This document shows, piece after piece, positions 1-13,460 of a stretch of DNA of 54,780 bases. A program made the translations under genes and the position numbers. This DNA comes from Nemertoderma westbladi. Its lineage: Eukaryota; Animalia; Xenacoelomorpha. Below the pieces are notes generated by a model. The model had not been told where the DNA came from. It did not search any database and saw only the letters and a list, made by a program, of their open reading frames with translations. Location of the stretch: positions 1 to 54,780 of the forward strand of contig JAUCBJ010005212.1 in assembly GCA_032718475.1 (NCBI GenBank), written 5' to 3'. Each line of letters begins with the position of its first letter. The first letter of the stretch is position 1.

Positions 1-1279
1 TAGGCTTCCTATAATTTGTAACCAATCTTGCCAATTACACATTATAAGCTTATGCTTGTAGAAGTCCGATTTCTGGCATCTGTTAGATTAGCGTTAGGGT
101 TAAGGATTGCACATCTTTATTTCTCGCACCCCGTTGCTGTCTTGATTACAACTTACAAGAATTTCCACCCCCCCCCCCCCCCCCCCCCCCCTCCTAAAAA
201 TTCACCTCCCGGTTAAAATACCGTAGTGAATTTTAACCGGGGGGTGAAAATACCCTAGGCATTTTGAACCGGGGGGTGATTTTGCATGAGGAGTGAAAAT
301 TATCTGTTACACCGGTATAATTGAATGTGTACCGGTACTCGTAATGGTAAACATTAAGCCTAACGGTATTTGTTTCTGTTATTTAATTTCAATGATAACT
401 TCATTGTTTGTAAAACATTTTTGAATTTTGTATAATGCTTAGATTGCATGGGTAGATTTTTATAAATGTTAAAATACTTAAAAATATATAAATAAATGTA
501 AAAATAATAAGGACTAACAAACAATACATTAAACAATGTACCAGTCCAATACACACTCTGTTTCAAATTTCATGTAATCTCGGGGGGGGGGGGGGGGGGG
601 GGGCAGTGTATTGTATTGTATTGCACGGTGTAGTATATGAATTGATGAAAATTCATATATTGATGAAAATTCATATATATTCCGGTTACGGTTACGGTTA
701 TCAATGCTACGTCCTTATACAGTTATATAACTTTCAAATAATTTTCCATTCATAATACCGGTACCGCAATAGGCTTATAAATATAATCCAGATTATATTT
801 CACGCTTTATATTGTGTATAAAATAAATTTTTCTCACTTATATTTCCATTCGTTTCACTATTTTATCAACTAGCTTTGCTCGTTCTTTTAAAATATTCGC
901 ACACGTCCAAATTTGAAACAAATTCAGAATGTACAGATTTGGACTCCTTAAGGCATAAGGCAACATATCTGGTTCATCGGTATGATAAAACACTCGGGAA
1001 TATCAAACTGTCTCCGTTTCGAATTCCATACCAGGTCATTATTATATATTTGTAGAAAAACTATGAAGAGGGTCATGACACTTGTATATGAACTTGATTT
1101 AAGGAGGAATTATATATTCCAGGCAAATATTTGTGATTTCCAACATTAATTTCTTTTAGATGGCGGTTTTTTAAACATTCGGAAGGTTTGAAACCATCCA
1201 AACGTGAAGCTACTGTACCGGAAAGTGTCAGTCCAAGTAATGTAGCTGAAACCACAGACCCCGTCACAGACGCTCCTAA

Positions 1280-1705
1280 AAACAACAACAACTAAAGCAG
1301 CTTCATCTAAAACAACAGTACCTAATAGCAGTGCAAGCGACACCGGTTACCCTCCCAACTGCCCCCCCGGCAAACCCCACCAGACAGACCCCCTCCCGCC
1401 TCCCCGGCTCGCCTCCACTAGTTGGCCGTCTCGACTCCTCCGCTCGTCTGTGCGGCATCCCACTCCTCCGAGAGGCGACCAACGACTCCTCCTGGAACAC
1501 CGAGTTCCTCATCTACATCGACAGGGCCGTCGAGGTCGGACTCTACAGTCTCTACTTCCACAACTGCTACGCCACGACGCCACCGCCACAGCCACTGTGT
1601 CATTCAACGCTGACATCGTGGAATACAACGTGGATAACTATCTCTCTGCAGGGGAGATGCCGCTTCCAGTGCTCTTCTCCTTACTAGCAAGTCTCTTCTT
1701 TACAG
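1280..1705 (+). CDS. GPR107: GPR107/GPR108 (LUSTR) family coding exon; 5' boundary uncertain; frameshift at ~1571-1590
   Basis: Translates ...EVGLYSLYFHNCY, then in another frame ...SFNADIVEYNVDNYLSAGEMPLPVLFSLLASLFFT. These match family motifs GLYSLYFH and YLSAGEIPLP. Donor ACAG|GTAAGT at 1705/1706. Confidence 0.8.
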
Positions 1706-1862
1706 GTAAGTTAAGTAAATTATTAAGAAGAGAAAATTAGTTTAAATACCGTTTATTCGCACTTTTACATTATTATTATTATTTACGTTATTCTATTATT
1801 CTGTACATGTTATGGCGTATAAGCAATCTATCGTTGATTCCTATTACGTTTTACTCGCACAG

Positions 1863-2177
<315 letters not shown>

Positions 2178-2344
2178 TAGTCTTACTGAAGTCAAGGGTT
2201 CTGTTATATATAATAACGTCATATTCAAGTCTTCAATATAGAGATGTAATATGACAGTTTATAGGTAAGTTGACCAACTAACACTCGAGCAACAGGCGAC
2301 TGTAAAACTACAATTTGCTAATTTGCAGTTGACTAATTCTTTAG

Positions 2345-3044
<700 letters not shown>

Positions 3045-3395
3045 ACACTGAAATTGATTTCAAAGAATTTCAATATCACCTTAAATTTACCAGATGGGGG
3101 GGGGGGGGGGGGGGGGGCTGTTGACGCAATAAAATCCTCCCTCTCCAGGGGAAATTCGTCGCACATAACAGCTGACTACTGGCAAAAATATAACTGTAAC
3201 CTGTTCTATTGTGTTTGGTTTATTGTTTTGGTTTAAATAACGTGTTACTGTAACCTGCTCCTTTTCCTAAATTGGGAATTTAACATTGAGGCGGGATATT
3301 AACTCGCCAAGATGGGATTTGCGTGGGATGGGGGGAGGGAAGGGTGGAATTATACCCCCCCCCCCCCTTCCCCCTGTCTCAAATCAAGTTTTGAG

Positions 3396-4692
3396 CGGTT
3401 ATATTGAAAAATATCGAGACATCAATAATATCGAGACCGAGAGTAAAAATAACGCAAGTAAAAACATAGTGTTGAAAAATATCGATAATATCGCGAGTTC
3501 AAAAAATATCGAGAGTAAAAATATTGAAAGTAAAAATATCGAGAGTAAAAATAACCAGTATTGAATAATCTCGAGATAATGTATCGGGATAAATGGCATT
3601 ATTACACCTTGGTTACCCATTGATCATATTTTTTATAATATTTAGGTTTTGCTATTTTTTTATAAATATTATAGAAGATAATGAATAATATAGAAGATAA
3701 AGCTCATAGCTCCCAATTTTGATAAATATTTTCATTCTAGAACACATATTTTTTGTTCTGGAACATTTTTGTGACGGGATCCAACGGAGTTGGCAGTAAT
3801 GAATCCCGACCGGTGTGTGTGTTATACGCGTCGCCGCGTCCGTAGGCTGCTAGTAGTCTGGATATATATGATACGCTGAAGGGCCGTTAAATATCTGAGT
3901 TTTACTGTCAGTCTTTATAATCACAGATAGTAATAATAGAACAGTCTGAATATAATAGCATGGTAGTGACGACGACGACGGTTAAAAACTGTTCTGGTCT
4001 CACAACTGTATAGAAACCAATTGAATCAGAATCAATAAGTGCAACGGTTATATTATTATTAACACATACTAAATCAGCTCTACTCTACTGAGTGGCCTGT
4101 CCAATAGATGCGCTCTAATCACCCCCAATGTGCTTTCTCACCCACCATTGGCTTAACCTGATTAATTGTCACCTCGCCACTCCCTGTTGCCACTGTCCCT
4201 TTGTGTTAGCCTGTTTGTCCCTCTGAAGTGGTTTGACCTCTCAACTCTCTCTGTGGCTTACGGCGTGTATCGCCTTAGTTGGTTGTGAGGTGACATTATT
4301 ATTGGTAATGTCACCTCACCAACTATAATATTGGTAAAATGCCACTAATCCCATTTTCGGTGGGTAGTGCAGGGAATTGAATCCGCTTACAATTTATAGG
4401 AAACAAATTACCATACAACCCTTATTAAAAAAATTGTTACTCTCGATATTTTTCTCTCGATATTTTTACTCTCGATATTTTTACTCTCGATATTTTTGCT
4501 CTCGATATTTTTCAACACTCGATCTTTTTGCTCTCGATATTTTTACTCTCGATATTTTTACTCTCGATATTTTTGCTCTCGATATTTTTCAACACTCGAT
4601 CTTTTTGCTCTCTATATTTTTACTCTCGATATTTTTGCTCTCGATATTTTTACTCTCGATATTTTTACTCTCGATATTTTGAATCATGACAG
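3396..4692. mobile_element. Foldback/MITE-like element with inverted arrays of a 15-bp subterminal repeat (AAAAATATCGAGAGT), interrupted by a solo LTR
   Basis: AAAAATATCGAG units at ~3407-3550 and reverse-complement ACTCTCGATATTTTT units at ~4438-4680. Imperfect terminal similarity; no clear TSD. Confidence 0.6.
3770..4391 (-). mobile_element. Solo LTR related to the LTR at 20239-20907 (BEL/Pao-type)
   Basis: Same termini as 20239-20907 (TGTGACGGGATC... and ...GAATTGAATCCGCTTACA). Shares internal blocks (ACGCGTC, GAAGG.CC, GTGGTTTGACCTCTCA.CTCTCTCTGTGGCTT). Flanks ATTTT/ATTTA form a 5-bp TSD with one mismatch. Confidence 0.85.
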
Positions 4693-4868
4693 ATTTCATA
4701 TTCCTTTTTACTTCGCAGGGTTTAATAAAGTAATAAAATAATTTTATTTTCACTTTCTGATTGTCTATTTATTTCAATAATTTTAGTTTCAGTATTTTCC
4801 GATCTAGTAAATTTGTATTTCAACCTTTTTTTTCTTCTTTTATTTCACTCTTTTTTTTACCTCTCCAG

Positions 4869-4994
4869 GTCCCGACGGACGACTACGAAGAAGAAGAGAT
4901 GGAAGAGGTAACCACAACAACGGGTATCACCGAGGGCGTCTCCAAGGTATCCGGGGTTGCAAGGCAACGAGAGCAGGGTCTCGCTGCAGTCTAA
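4869..4994 (+). CDS. GPR107: GPR107/GPR108 terminal coding exon
   Basis: Long polypyrimidine tract plus CCAG| acceptor. Translates VPTDDYEEEEMEEVTTTTGITEGVSKV...AV*, matching the acidic E-M-E-x-V-T-T-x-G tail of the family. In phase with the previous exon. Confidence 0.88.
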   Translation, partial: VPTDDYEEEEMEEVTTTTGITEGVSKVSGVARQREQGLAAV

Positions 4995-5271
4995 CTAACT
5001 GGTTGCCTTGGTGAAGCGGTTTACTGGAATGTTTTTGCCGCTTTTTATTTATTATTATTTATTATAACAATAAATTATTAGGTTCTCTATATTTGCAATA
5101 TTTTGTTCCGGTTCCATATTTGGTTGCTGTTCAGTTCACCCTTCGGTCTTTCCTAAAACTTATGACTTTCTTTCTGATAAATAATTGTTAACATTCAGTA
5201 ATAATTAATTGATGCTTATAATAATTATTGATATAAAAATATAATAAAAAAATATTTCTCTATATCCGTAT

Positions 5272-5514
5272 TCTGGTACAACTTCGTGGGGCCTTCGCAC
5301 AGCTCGCCCCTAGCGGTCGAAAGAGGAACTATAAAAGTCTGCGTGTATAATATCTATCTTTTATACAAATACATTGTGTACCAAGTTTTGTTACTTATCA
5401 TGAAAGATTGATCGTCTTTATTAGTGTTCAAACATTCTCGACAATGACGACGACAGACGGTCTAGTAATTATACCACTTCACAAAGGCTAACCTAGACTT
5501 CGTGGCTAGCCCCA
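5272..5514. mobile_element. Short non-coding interspersed repeat, possibly Helentron/DINE-like
   Basis: Shares GTACCAAGTTT, a (GAC)n/GACA microsatellite and a terminal ACTTCGTGGC...GCCCCA with 21492-21875. Family assignment is inference. Confidence 0.35.
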
Positions 5515-5754
5515 CATATTTCACATAAATGTAGAAATCACTTTAGTTAGATTAATTACATCATTGCAATTACATGTTGAAGGCTAGATAGAGGCTGTTA
5601 TGCAAGATATTGAAGGGAAAAGCTGTTAATGATTTTATTTAGGCACCTCTTCTTCGACTCACGAAGAATAATGTAATTTTTACTAAAAATCACCAAAAAT
5701 AATTAATTTATCACAACAAATCATAATCTTTATCCACTAAATATAATCATTTTT

Positions 5755-8700
5755 GGTCCGCGTAGCGAGACATCCAGTATTCACTCCGTTAGTAGGTCCA
5801 CGTAGCGAGACCTCTAGTATTCACTCCGTTAGTAGGTCCATGTAGCGAGACCTCTAGTATTCACTCCGTTAGTAGGTCCGCGTAGCGAGACCTAGTATTC
5901 ACTCCGTTAGTAGGTCCACGTAGCGAGACCTCTAGTATTCACTCCGTTAGTAGGTCCGCGTAGCGAGGCCTCTAGTATTCACTCCGTTAGTAGGTCCACA
6001 TAGCGAGACATCTAGTATTCACTCCGTTAGTAGGTCCACGTAGCGAGACCTCTAGTATTCACTCCGTTAGTAGGTCCACGTAGCGAGACCTCTAGTATTC
6101 ACTCCGTTAGTAGGTCCGCGTAGCGAGACCTCTAATATTCACTCCGTTAGTAGGTCCATGTAGCGAGACCTCTAATATTCACTCCGTTAGTAGGTCCACG
6201 TAGCGAGACCTCTAGTATTCACTCCGTTAGTAGGTCCACGTAGCGAGACCTCTAGTATTCACTCTGTTAGTAGGTCCACGTAGCGAGACCTCTAGTATTC
6301 ACTCTGTTAGTAGGTCCGCGTAGCGAGACCTCTAGTATTCACTCCGTTAGTAGGTCCGCGTAGCGAGACCTCTAGTATTCACTCTGTTAGTAGGTCCACG
6401 TAGCGAGACCTCTAGTATTCACTCTCTTAATAGGTCCACGTAGCGATACCTCTAGTATTCACTCTGTTAGTAGGTCCGCGTAGCGATACCTCTAGTATTC
6501 ACTCCGTTAGTAGGTCCGCGTAGCGAGACCTCTAGTATTCACTCTGTTAATAGGTCCGCGTAGCGAGACCTCTAGTATTCACTCTGTTAGTAGGTCCACG
6601 TAGCGAGACCTCTAGTATTCACTCCGTTAGTAGGTCCGTGTAGCGAGACCTCTAGTATTCACTCCGTTAGTAGGTCCGCGTAGCGAGACATCTAGTATTC
6701 ACTCTGTTAATAGGTCCGCGTAGCGAGACCTCTAGTATTCACTCTGTTAGTAGGTCCACGTAGCGAGACCTCTAGTATTCACTCTGTTAGTAGGTCCGCA
6801 TAGCAAGACCTCTAGTATTCACTCCGTTAGTAGGTCCGCGTAGCGAGACCTCTAGTATTCACTCTGTTAGTAGGTCCACGTAGCGAGACCTCTAGTATTC
6901 ACTCCGTTGTTGTTGGTGTAGCGAGACCTCTAGTATTCACTCTGTTAGAAGGTCCGCGTAGCGAGACCTCTAGTATTCACTCTGTTAGTAGGTCCACGTA
7001 GCGAGACCTCTAGTATTCACTCTGTTAGTAGGTCCACGTAGCGAGACCTCTAGTATTCACTCCGTTGTTGTTGGTGTAGCGAGACCTCTAGTATTCACTC
7101 TGTTAGAAGGTCCGCGTAGCGAGACCTCTAGTATTCACTCTGTTAGTAGGTCCGCGTAGCGAGACCTCTAGTATTCACTCCGTTAGTAGGTCCACGTAGC
7201 GAGACCTCTAATATTCACTCCATTGTTGTTGGCGTAGCGAGACCTCTAGTATTCACTCCGTTGTTTTTGGTGTAGCGAGACCTCTAGTATTCACTCCATT
7301 AGTAGGTCCATGTAGCGAGACCTCTAGTATTCACTCCGTTGTTGTTGGTGTAGCGAGACCTCTAGTATTCACTCCGTTGTTGTTGGTGTAGCGAGACCTC
7401 TAGTATTCACTCCGTTGTTGTTGGTGTAGCGAGACCTCTAGTATTCACTCCGTTGTTGTTGGTGTAGCGAGACCTCTAGTATTTACTCCGTTGTTGTTGG
7501 TGTAGCGAGACCTCTAGTATTCACTCCGTTGTTGTTGGTGTAGCGAGACCTCTAGTATTCACTCCGTTGTTGTTGGTGTAGCGAGACCTCTAGTATTCAC
7601 TCTGTTGTTGTTGGTGTAGCGAGACCTCTAGTATTCACTCCGTTAGTAGGTCTGCGTAGCGAGACCTCTAGTATTCACTCCGTTAGTAGGTCCGCGTAGC
7701 GAGACCTCTAGTATTCACTCCGTTATTAGGTCCGCGTAGCGAGACCTCTAGTATTCACTCCGTTAGTAGGTCCGCGTAGGGAGACCTCTAGTATTCACTC
7801 CATTAGTAGGTCCACGTAGCGAGACCTCTAGTATTCACTCCGTTAGTAGGTCCGCGTAGCGAGACCTCTAGTATTCACTCCGTTAGTAGGTCCGCGTAGC
7901 GAGACCTCTAGTATTCACTCCGTTAGTAGGTCCGCGTAGCGAGACCTCTAGTATTCACTCCGTTAGTAGGTCCACGTAGCTAGACTTCTAGTATTCACTC
8001 TGTTAGTAGGTCCGTGTAGCGAGACCTCTAGTATTCACTCCGTTAGTAGGTCCGCGTAGCGAGACCTCTAGTATTCACTCCGTTAGTAGGTCCGCGTAGG
8101 GAGACCTCTAGTATTCACTCCATTAGTAGGTCCACGTAGCGAGACCTCTAGTATTCACTCCGTTAGTAGGTCCGCATAGCGAGAACTCTAGTATTCACTC
8201 CGTTAGTAGGTCCGCGTAGCTAGACCTCTAGTATTCACTCCGTTAGTAGGTCCGTGTAGCGAGACCTCTAGTATTCACTCCGTTAGTAGGTCCGCATAGC
8301 GATACCTCTAGTATTCACTCCGTTAGTAGGTCCGCGTAGCGAGACCTCTATTATTCACTCTGTTAATAGGTCCGCGTAGCGCGACCTCTAGTATTCACTC
8401 TGTTAGTAGGTCCACGTAGCGATACCTCTAGTATTCACTCCGTTAGTAGGTCTGCGTAGCGAGACCTGTAGTATTCACTCCGTTGTTGTTGGTGTAACGA
8501 GACCTCTAGTATTCACTCCGTTGTTGTTGGTGTAGCGAGACCTCTAGTATTCACTCTGTTAGTAGGTCCACGTAGCGATACCTCTAGTATTCACTCTGTT
8601 AGTAGGTCCACGTAGCGAGACCTCTAGTATTCACTCTGTTAGTAGGTCCGCATAGCAAGACCTCTAGTATTCACTCCGTTAGTAGGTCCGCGTAGCGAGA

Positions 8701-11700
8701 CCTCTAATATTCACTCCATTGTTGTTGGCGTAGCGAGACCTCTAGTATTCACTCCGTTGTTTTTGGTGTAGCGAGACCTCTAGTATTCACTCCATTAGTA
8801 GGTCCATGTAGCGAGACCTCTAGTATTCACTCCGTTGTTGTTGGTGTAGCGAGACCTCTAGTATTCACTCCGTTGTTGTTGGTGTAGCGAGACCTCTAGT
8901 ATTCACTCCGTTGTTGTTGGTGTAGCGAGACCTCTAGTATTCACTCCGTTGTTGTTGGTGTAGCGAGACCTCTAGTATTTACTCCGTTGTTGTTGGTGTA
9001 GCGAGACCTCTAGTATTCACTCCGTTGTTGTTGGTGTAGCGAGACCTCTAGTATTCACTCCGTTGTTGTTGGTGTAGCGAGACCTCTAGTATTCACTCTG
9101 TTGTTGTTGGTGTAGCGAGACCTCTAGTATTCACTCCGTTAGTAGGTCTGCGTAGCGAGACCTCTAGTATTCACTCCGTTAGTAGGTCCGCGTAGCGAGA
9201 CCGCTAGTATTCACTCCGTTATTAGGTCCGCGTAGCGAGACCTCTAGTATTCACTCCGTTAGTAGGTCCGCGTAGGGAGACCTCTAGTATTCACTCCATT
9301 AGTAGGTCCACGTAGCGAGACCTCTAGTATTCACTCCGTTAGTAGGTCCGCGTAGCGAGACCTCTAGTATTCACTCCGTTAGTAGGTCCGCGTAGCGAGA
9401 CCTCTAGTATTCACTCCGTTAGTAGGTCCGCGTAGCGAGACCTCTAGTATTCACTCCGTTAGTAGGTCCACGTAGCTAGACTTCTAGTATTCACTCTGTT
9501 AGTAGGTCCGTGTAGCGAGACCTCTAGTATTCACTCCGTTAGTAGGTCCGCGTAGCGAGACCTCTAGTATTCACTCCATTAGTAGGTCCACGTAGCGAGA
9601 CCTCTAGTATTCACTCCGTTAGTAGGTCCGCATAGCGAGAACTCTAGTATTCACTCCGTTAGTAGGTCCGCGTAGCTAGACCTCTAGTATTCACTCCGTT
9701 AGTAGGTCCGTGTAGCGAGACCTCTAGTATTCACTCCGTTAGTAGGTCCGCATAGCGATACCTCTAGTATTCACTCCGTTAGTAGGTCCGCGTAGCGAGA
9801 CCTCTATTATTCACTCTGTTAATAGGTCCGCGTAGCGCGACCTCTAGTATTCACTCTGTTAGTAGGTCCACGTAGCGATACCTCTAGTATTCACTCCGTT
9901 AGTAGGTCTGCGTAGCGAGACCTGTAGTATTCACTCCGTTGTTGTTGGTGTAACGAGACCTCTAGTATTCACTCCGTTGTTGTTGGTGTAGCGAGACCTC
10001 TAGTATTCACTCTGTTAGTAGGTCCACGTAGCGATACCTCTAGTATTCACTCCGTTAGTAGGTCTGCGTAGCGAGACCTGTAGTATTCACTCCGTTGTTG
10101 TTGGAGTAGCGAGACCTCTAGTATTCACTCCGTTGTTGTTGGTGTAGCGAGACCTCTAGTATTCACTCCGTTGTTGTTGGTGTAGCGAGACCTCTAGTAT
10201 TCACTCCATTGTTGTTGTTGGACCTTCGAATACGTAAGGAAAAGGCATGGGCAGCCTTGAATAGGCTTTCCAGGATTTGGAAGTCACCGAGAATTAATCG
10301 GAAACTTAAGGTCCGATTATTTAGAGCAGCAGTAGTTCCAGTACTCCTCTACGGGAGTCCATGCTGGGCTCTAACTGCTGAGGACACCAAATATCTGGAT
10401 GGCACATTCACAAGAATGCTACGCCGGGTTCATTGTGTCAAGTACAGTGCACACATCTCCAACCAGACACTATATAACATTGGAGGTGTCTCATTGTTTC
10501 CCCCAAGCTTGACACTAGAACAAAATCGCCTCCGCTTTGCAGGACATTGCTTTCTTTCGCCGTGAGGACCAGCCAGTGCATAATCTTGTACTTTGGCAGC
10601 CTCATGGAGTGAATAAGCATGGTGGACAGCCCATGACTTTCTTGAGACGCATCTTAAAGGACACTGGCCTTAAAGATGCGGATGATCTAGCAAATGTCAT
10701 GGGTGATAGGGAGTTGTGGCGGTGCAATTTTGTTGACAAGCCGGCACAGCATTCTTAAAAATGCAGCTGCAATGCAGCATGCCGATCCTAGTAGTAGTTA
10801 GTAGTAGTAGGTCCGCGTAGCGAGACCTCTAGTATTCACTCCGTTAGTAGGTCCGCGTAGCGAGACCTCTATTATTCACTCCGTTAGTAGGTCCGCGTAG
10901 TGAGACCTCTAGTATTCACTCCGTTAGTAGGTCCGCGTAGCTAGACCTCTAGTATTCACTCTGTTAGTAGGTCCGCGTAGTGAGACCTCTAGTATTCACT
11001 CCGTTAGTAGGTCCGCGTAGCTAGACCTCTAGTATTCACTCTGTTAGTAGGTCCGCGTAGTGAGACCTCTATTATTCACTCCGTTAGTAGGTCCGCATAG
11101 CAAGACCTCTAGTATTCACTCCGTTAGTAGGTCCGCGTAGCTAGACCTCTAGTATTCACTCTGTTAGTAGGTCCGCGTAGCGAGACCTCTATTATTCACT
11201 CCGTTAGTAGGTCCGCGTAGTGAGACCTCTAGTATTCACTCCGTTAGTAGGTCCGCGTAGCTAGACCTCTAGTATTCACTCTGTTAGTAGGTCCGCGTAG
11301 CGAGACCTCTATTATTCACTCCGTTAGTAGGTCCGCATAGCAAGACCTCTAGTATTCACTCCGTTAGTAGGTCCGCGTAGCGAGACCTCTAGTATTCACT
11401 CTGTTAATAGGTCCGCGTAGCGAGACCTCTAGTATTCACTCCATTGTTGTTGGCGTAGCGAGACCTCTAGTATTCACTCCGTTGTTTTTGGTGTAGCGAG
11501 ACCTCTAGTATTCACTCCATTAGTAGGTCCACGTAGCGAGACCTCTAGTATTCACTCCGTTGTTGTTGGTGTAGCGAGACCTCTAGTATTCACTCCGTTG
11601 TTGTTGGTGTAGCGAGACCTCTAGTATTCACTCCGTTGTTGTTGGTGTAGCGAGACCTCTAGTATTCACTCCGTTGTTGTTGGTGTAGCGAGACCTCTAG

Positions 11701-11913
11701 TATTCACTCCGTTGTTGTTGGTGTAGCGAGACCTCTAGTATTCACTCCGTTGTTGTTGGTGTAGCGAGACCTCTAGTATTCACTCCGTTGTTGTTGGTGT
11801 AGCGAGACCTCTAGTATTCACTCCGTTGTTGTTTGGTGAAGCGAGACTTCTAGTATTCACTCCATTGTTATTGGCGTAGCGAGACCTCTAGTATTCACTC
11901 CATTGTTGTTGGT
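5755..11913. repeat. Satellite array, ~140 units: 40-bp GGTCCGCGTAGCGAGACCTCTAGTATTCACTCCGTTAGTA plus a 38-bp variant ending GTTGTTGTTGGT
   Basis: Directly visible tandem array with two interspersed monomer types, interrupted at 10221-10810. Confidence 0.98.
10221..10810 (+). mobile_element. 5'-truncated RTE-like LINE 3' fragment with (TAG)n tail, inserted in the satellite
   Basis: Translates DLRIRKEKAWAALNRLSRIWKSP...KVRLFRAAVVPVLLYGSPCW...RLRFAGHC (RTE ORF C-terminus). Nearly identical to 37654-37769 joined to 38861-39305. Ends GCCGATCC(TAG)n. Confidence 0.92.
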
Positions 11914-12537
11914 ATAATATAATAACATAATATAATCTACCAAATAAACACATAAATAAAATTACCTAACTACAGTATAATCGCAACTATATAGCACACA
12001 ACATAATATAATCTACAATATTATCTGATTCAGTGATTGATAATGGCTGCGATCTGCAGTTGAAATATATTTCTTTTGCCTAGGCCCTACCGTACTGCCG
12101 TACCGATTCGAATTGTATATATAGTACCTAATATACTGCTTGACAATTATATTTTATACTCCGAATTAAACTTATTATTTTCTTACTTATTCTTACCCTT
12201 TCATTATATTTAATGTAAAACACGGGTAGTAGGAGGGATATAAAGTTACGGCGGTAAAATACAGTAAGTTCATTGGATATTCCTTAGGAAATCTCTCTGA
12301 GAATTATTTGGGTTTCTAACGTGAGAGTTAACTTATATACCCCCAGCATGTCTTCGGGCGTGAGCCCTACTATCTACCTCCCGGTGGAGGAATATAATCG
12401 GCCATGGTTTGTCCGCCAAGTTATACCAAGGCCCTGGTCCAGGCAGTCTATGTGCAGAGGATTAAATCCTGAGCAACTCCCAACTTACCGACTTACAGGT
12501 CGGCCAAAAAAGGTTTTCACAAAAAAAATTAGTGTTC

Positions 12538-13460
12538 CCCAGTGAAAAATGCACATGCGTATCGCAAGTGATTTTAAAGCGTCATGCGTTTTTATTGCGG
12601 CTCAATAAATAGCGATAAAACTCTTGTGATTCGCATGTGAATCACATGTAAAATAAGGAAGCGATTCCACGCATGCGATTCACAACTTATTTTACGCATG
12701 TGATTCCGTGCATGAAAATCGCACGGGAATCACACCTCATTTAACGCTTATTTTACGCATGTTTTACACCATGAGATTCTCAAGAGTTAATTCCCATGCG
12801 AATCGCATGTTTTTAATTACACTAAAGATTATTAATTAAAATAAAGTTGCCTATCAAGAAATAAATAGTTTTAAAATATAAAATGGATGAATACGAATTA
12901 TCTAATATGGCTGTCGAATACAGATCTTATATTAATATATTTTATAGAATTTAAAATTATAGGGAATAGTTAAAAGTGTATCATGGTTGTTCTAATCTAT
13001 TTGTATTATCATGTATATAACCAACCATTTCTAGTATTGATTCATACAGTATGTCTAATGTTCTATATGTCTAGAGAGTGTAATGTAATGTAATGTAAGT
13101 GCAGTAGGCAGATGATACGGAAGCCCATAGTATCAAACAGTAGTGGAATAATCAACTACAGTATCAAATTTTTCTGTCACAAAAGGTCTCAATATATTAC
13201 ACAAAACTCACAACCAGTAGATTTTTGCGATATTTATGCGTCATGACGCTTAAAAATCGCAAGTGAATCACATGTGAGTTTTATGCGACTGAACGCAAGT
13301 TGTTGTGATTTTTATGCGACTTAAACGCAAGTTGTTGCGATATTTATGTGACATAACTCAAGTAGATCGCTTGCGTAAAGGTCGGGCCATAACTGTTGGG
13401 AATCACATGAGATACGCCTGCGTTGCACGCTTGCGATACGCTTGCGCACTTTTCACTGGG
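12538..13460. mobile_element. Non-autonomous TIR DNA transposon (CCCAG termini, 2-bp TSD; CMC/EnSpm-like)
   Basis: Left end CCCAGTGAAAAATGCACATGCGTATCGCAAG; right end reverse complement CCCAGTGAAAAGTGCGCAAGCGTATCGCAAG. TC flanks both sides. Subterminal (A)TCGCATGTGA-like repeats. No ORF. Confidence 0.8.

Noticed and set aside
160-315. Poly-C run and CCGG-rich hairpin resembling a MITE end
   Set aside because: The partner end is not identifiable in the window; evidence is insufficient.
900-1279. Further upstream GPR107 exons
   Set aside because: Possible open segments and AG acceptors exist, but no recognisable conserved motif or consistent phase could be established.
3286-4741. ORFs with repeated KNIES / LLSIF / SRYFY peptides
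   Set aside because: Translations of the 15-bp intronic repeat.
5755-5800. Hammerhead ribozyme in the satellite monomer
   Set aside because: No CTGANGA...GAAA core on either strand of the monomer.
5755-11913. CRISPR-like look (constant ~26-bp block plus variable segment)
   Set aside because: The variable part has only two recurring types of 12-14 bp rather than unique spacers; there are no cas genes and the context is eukaryotic with introns.
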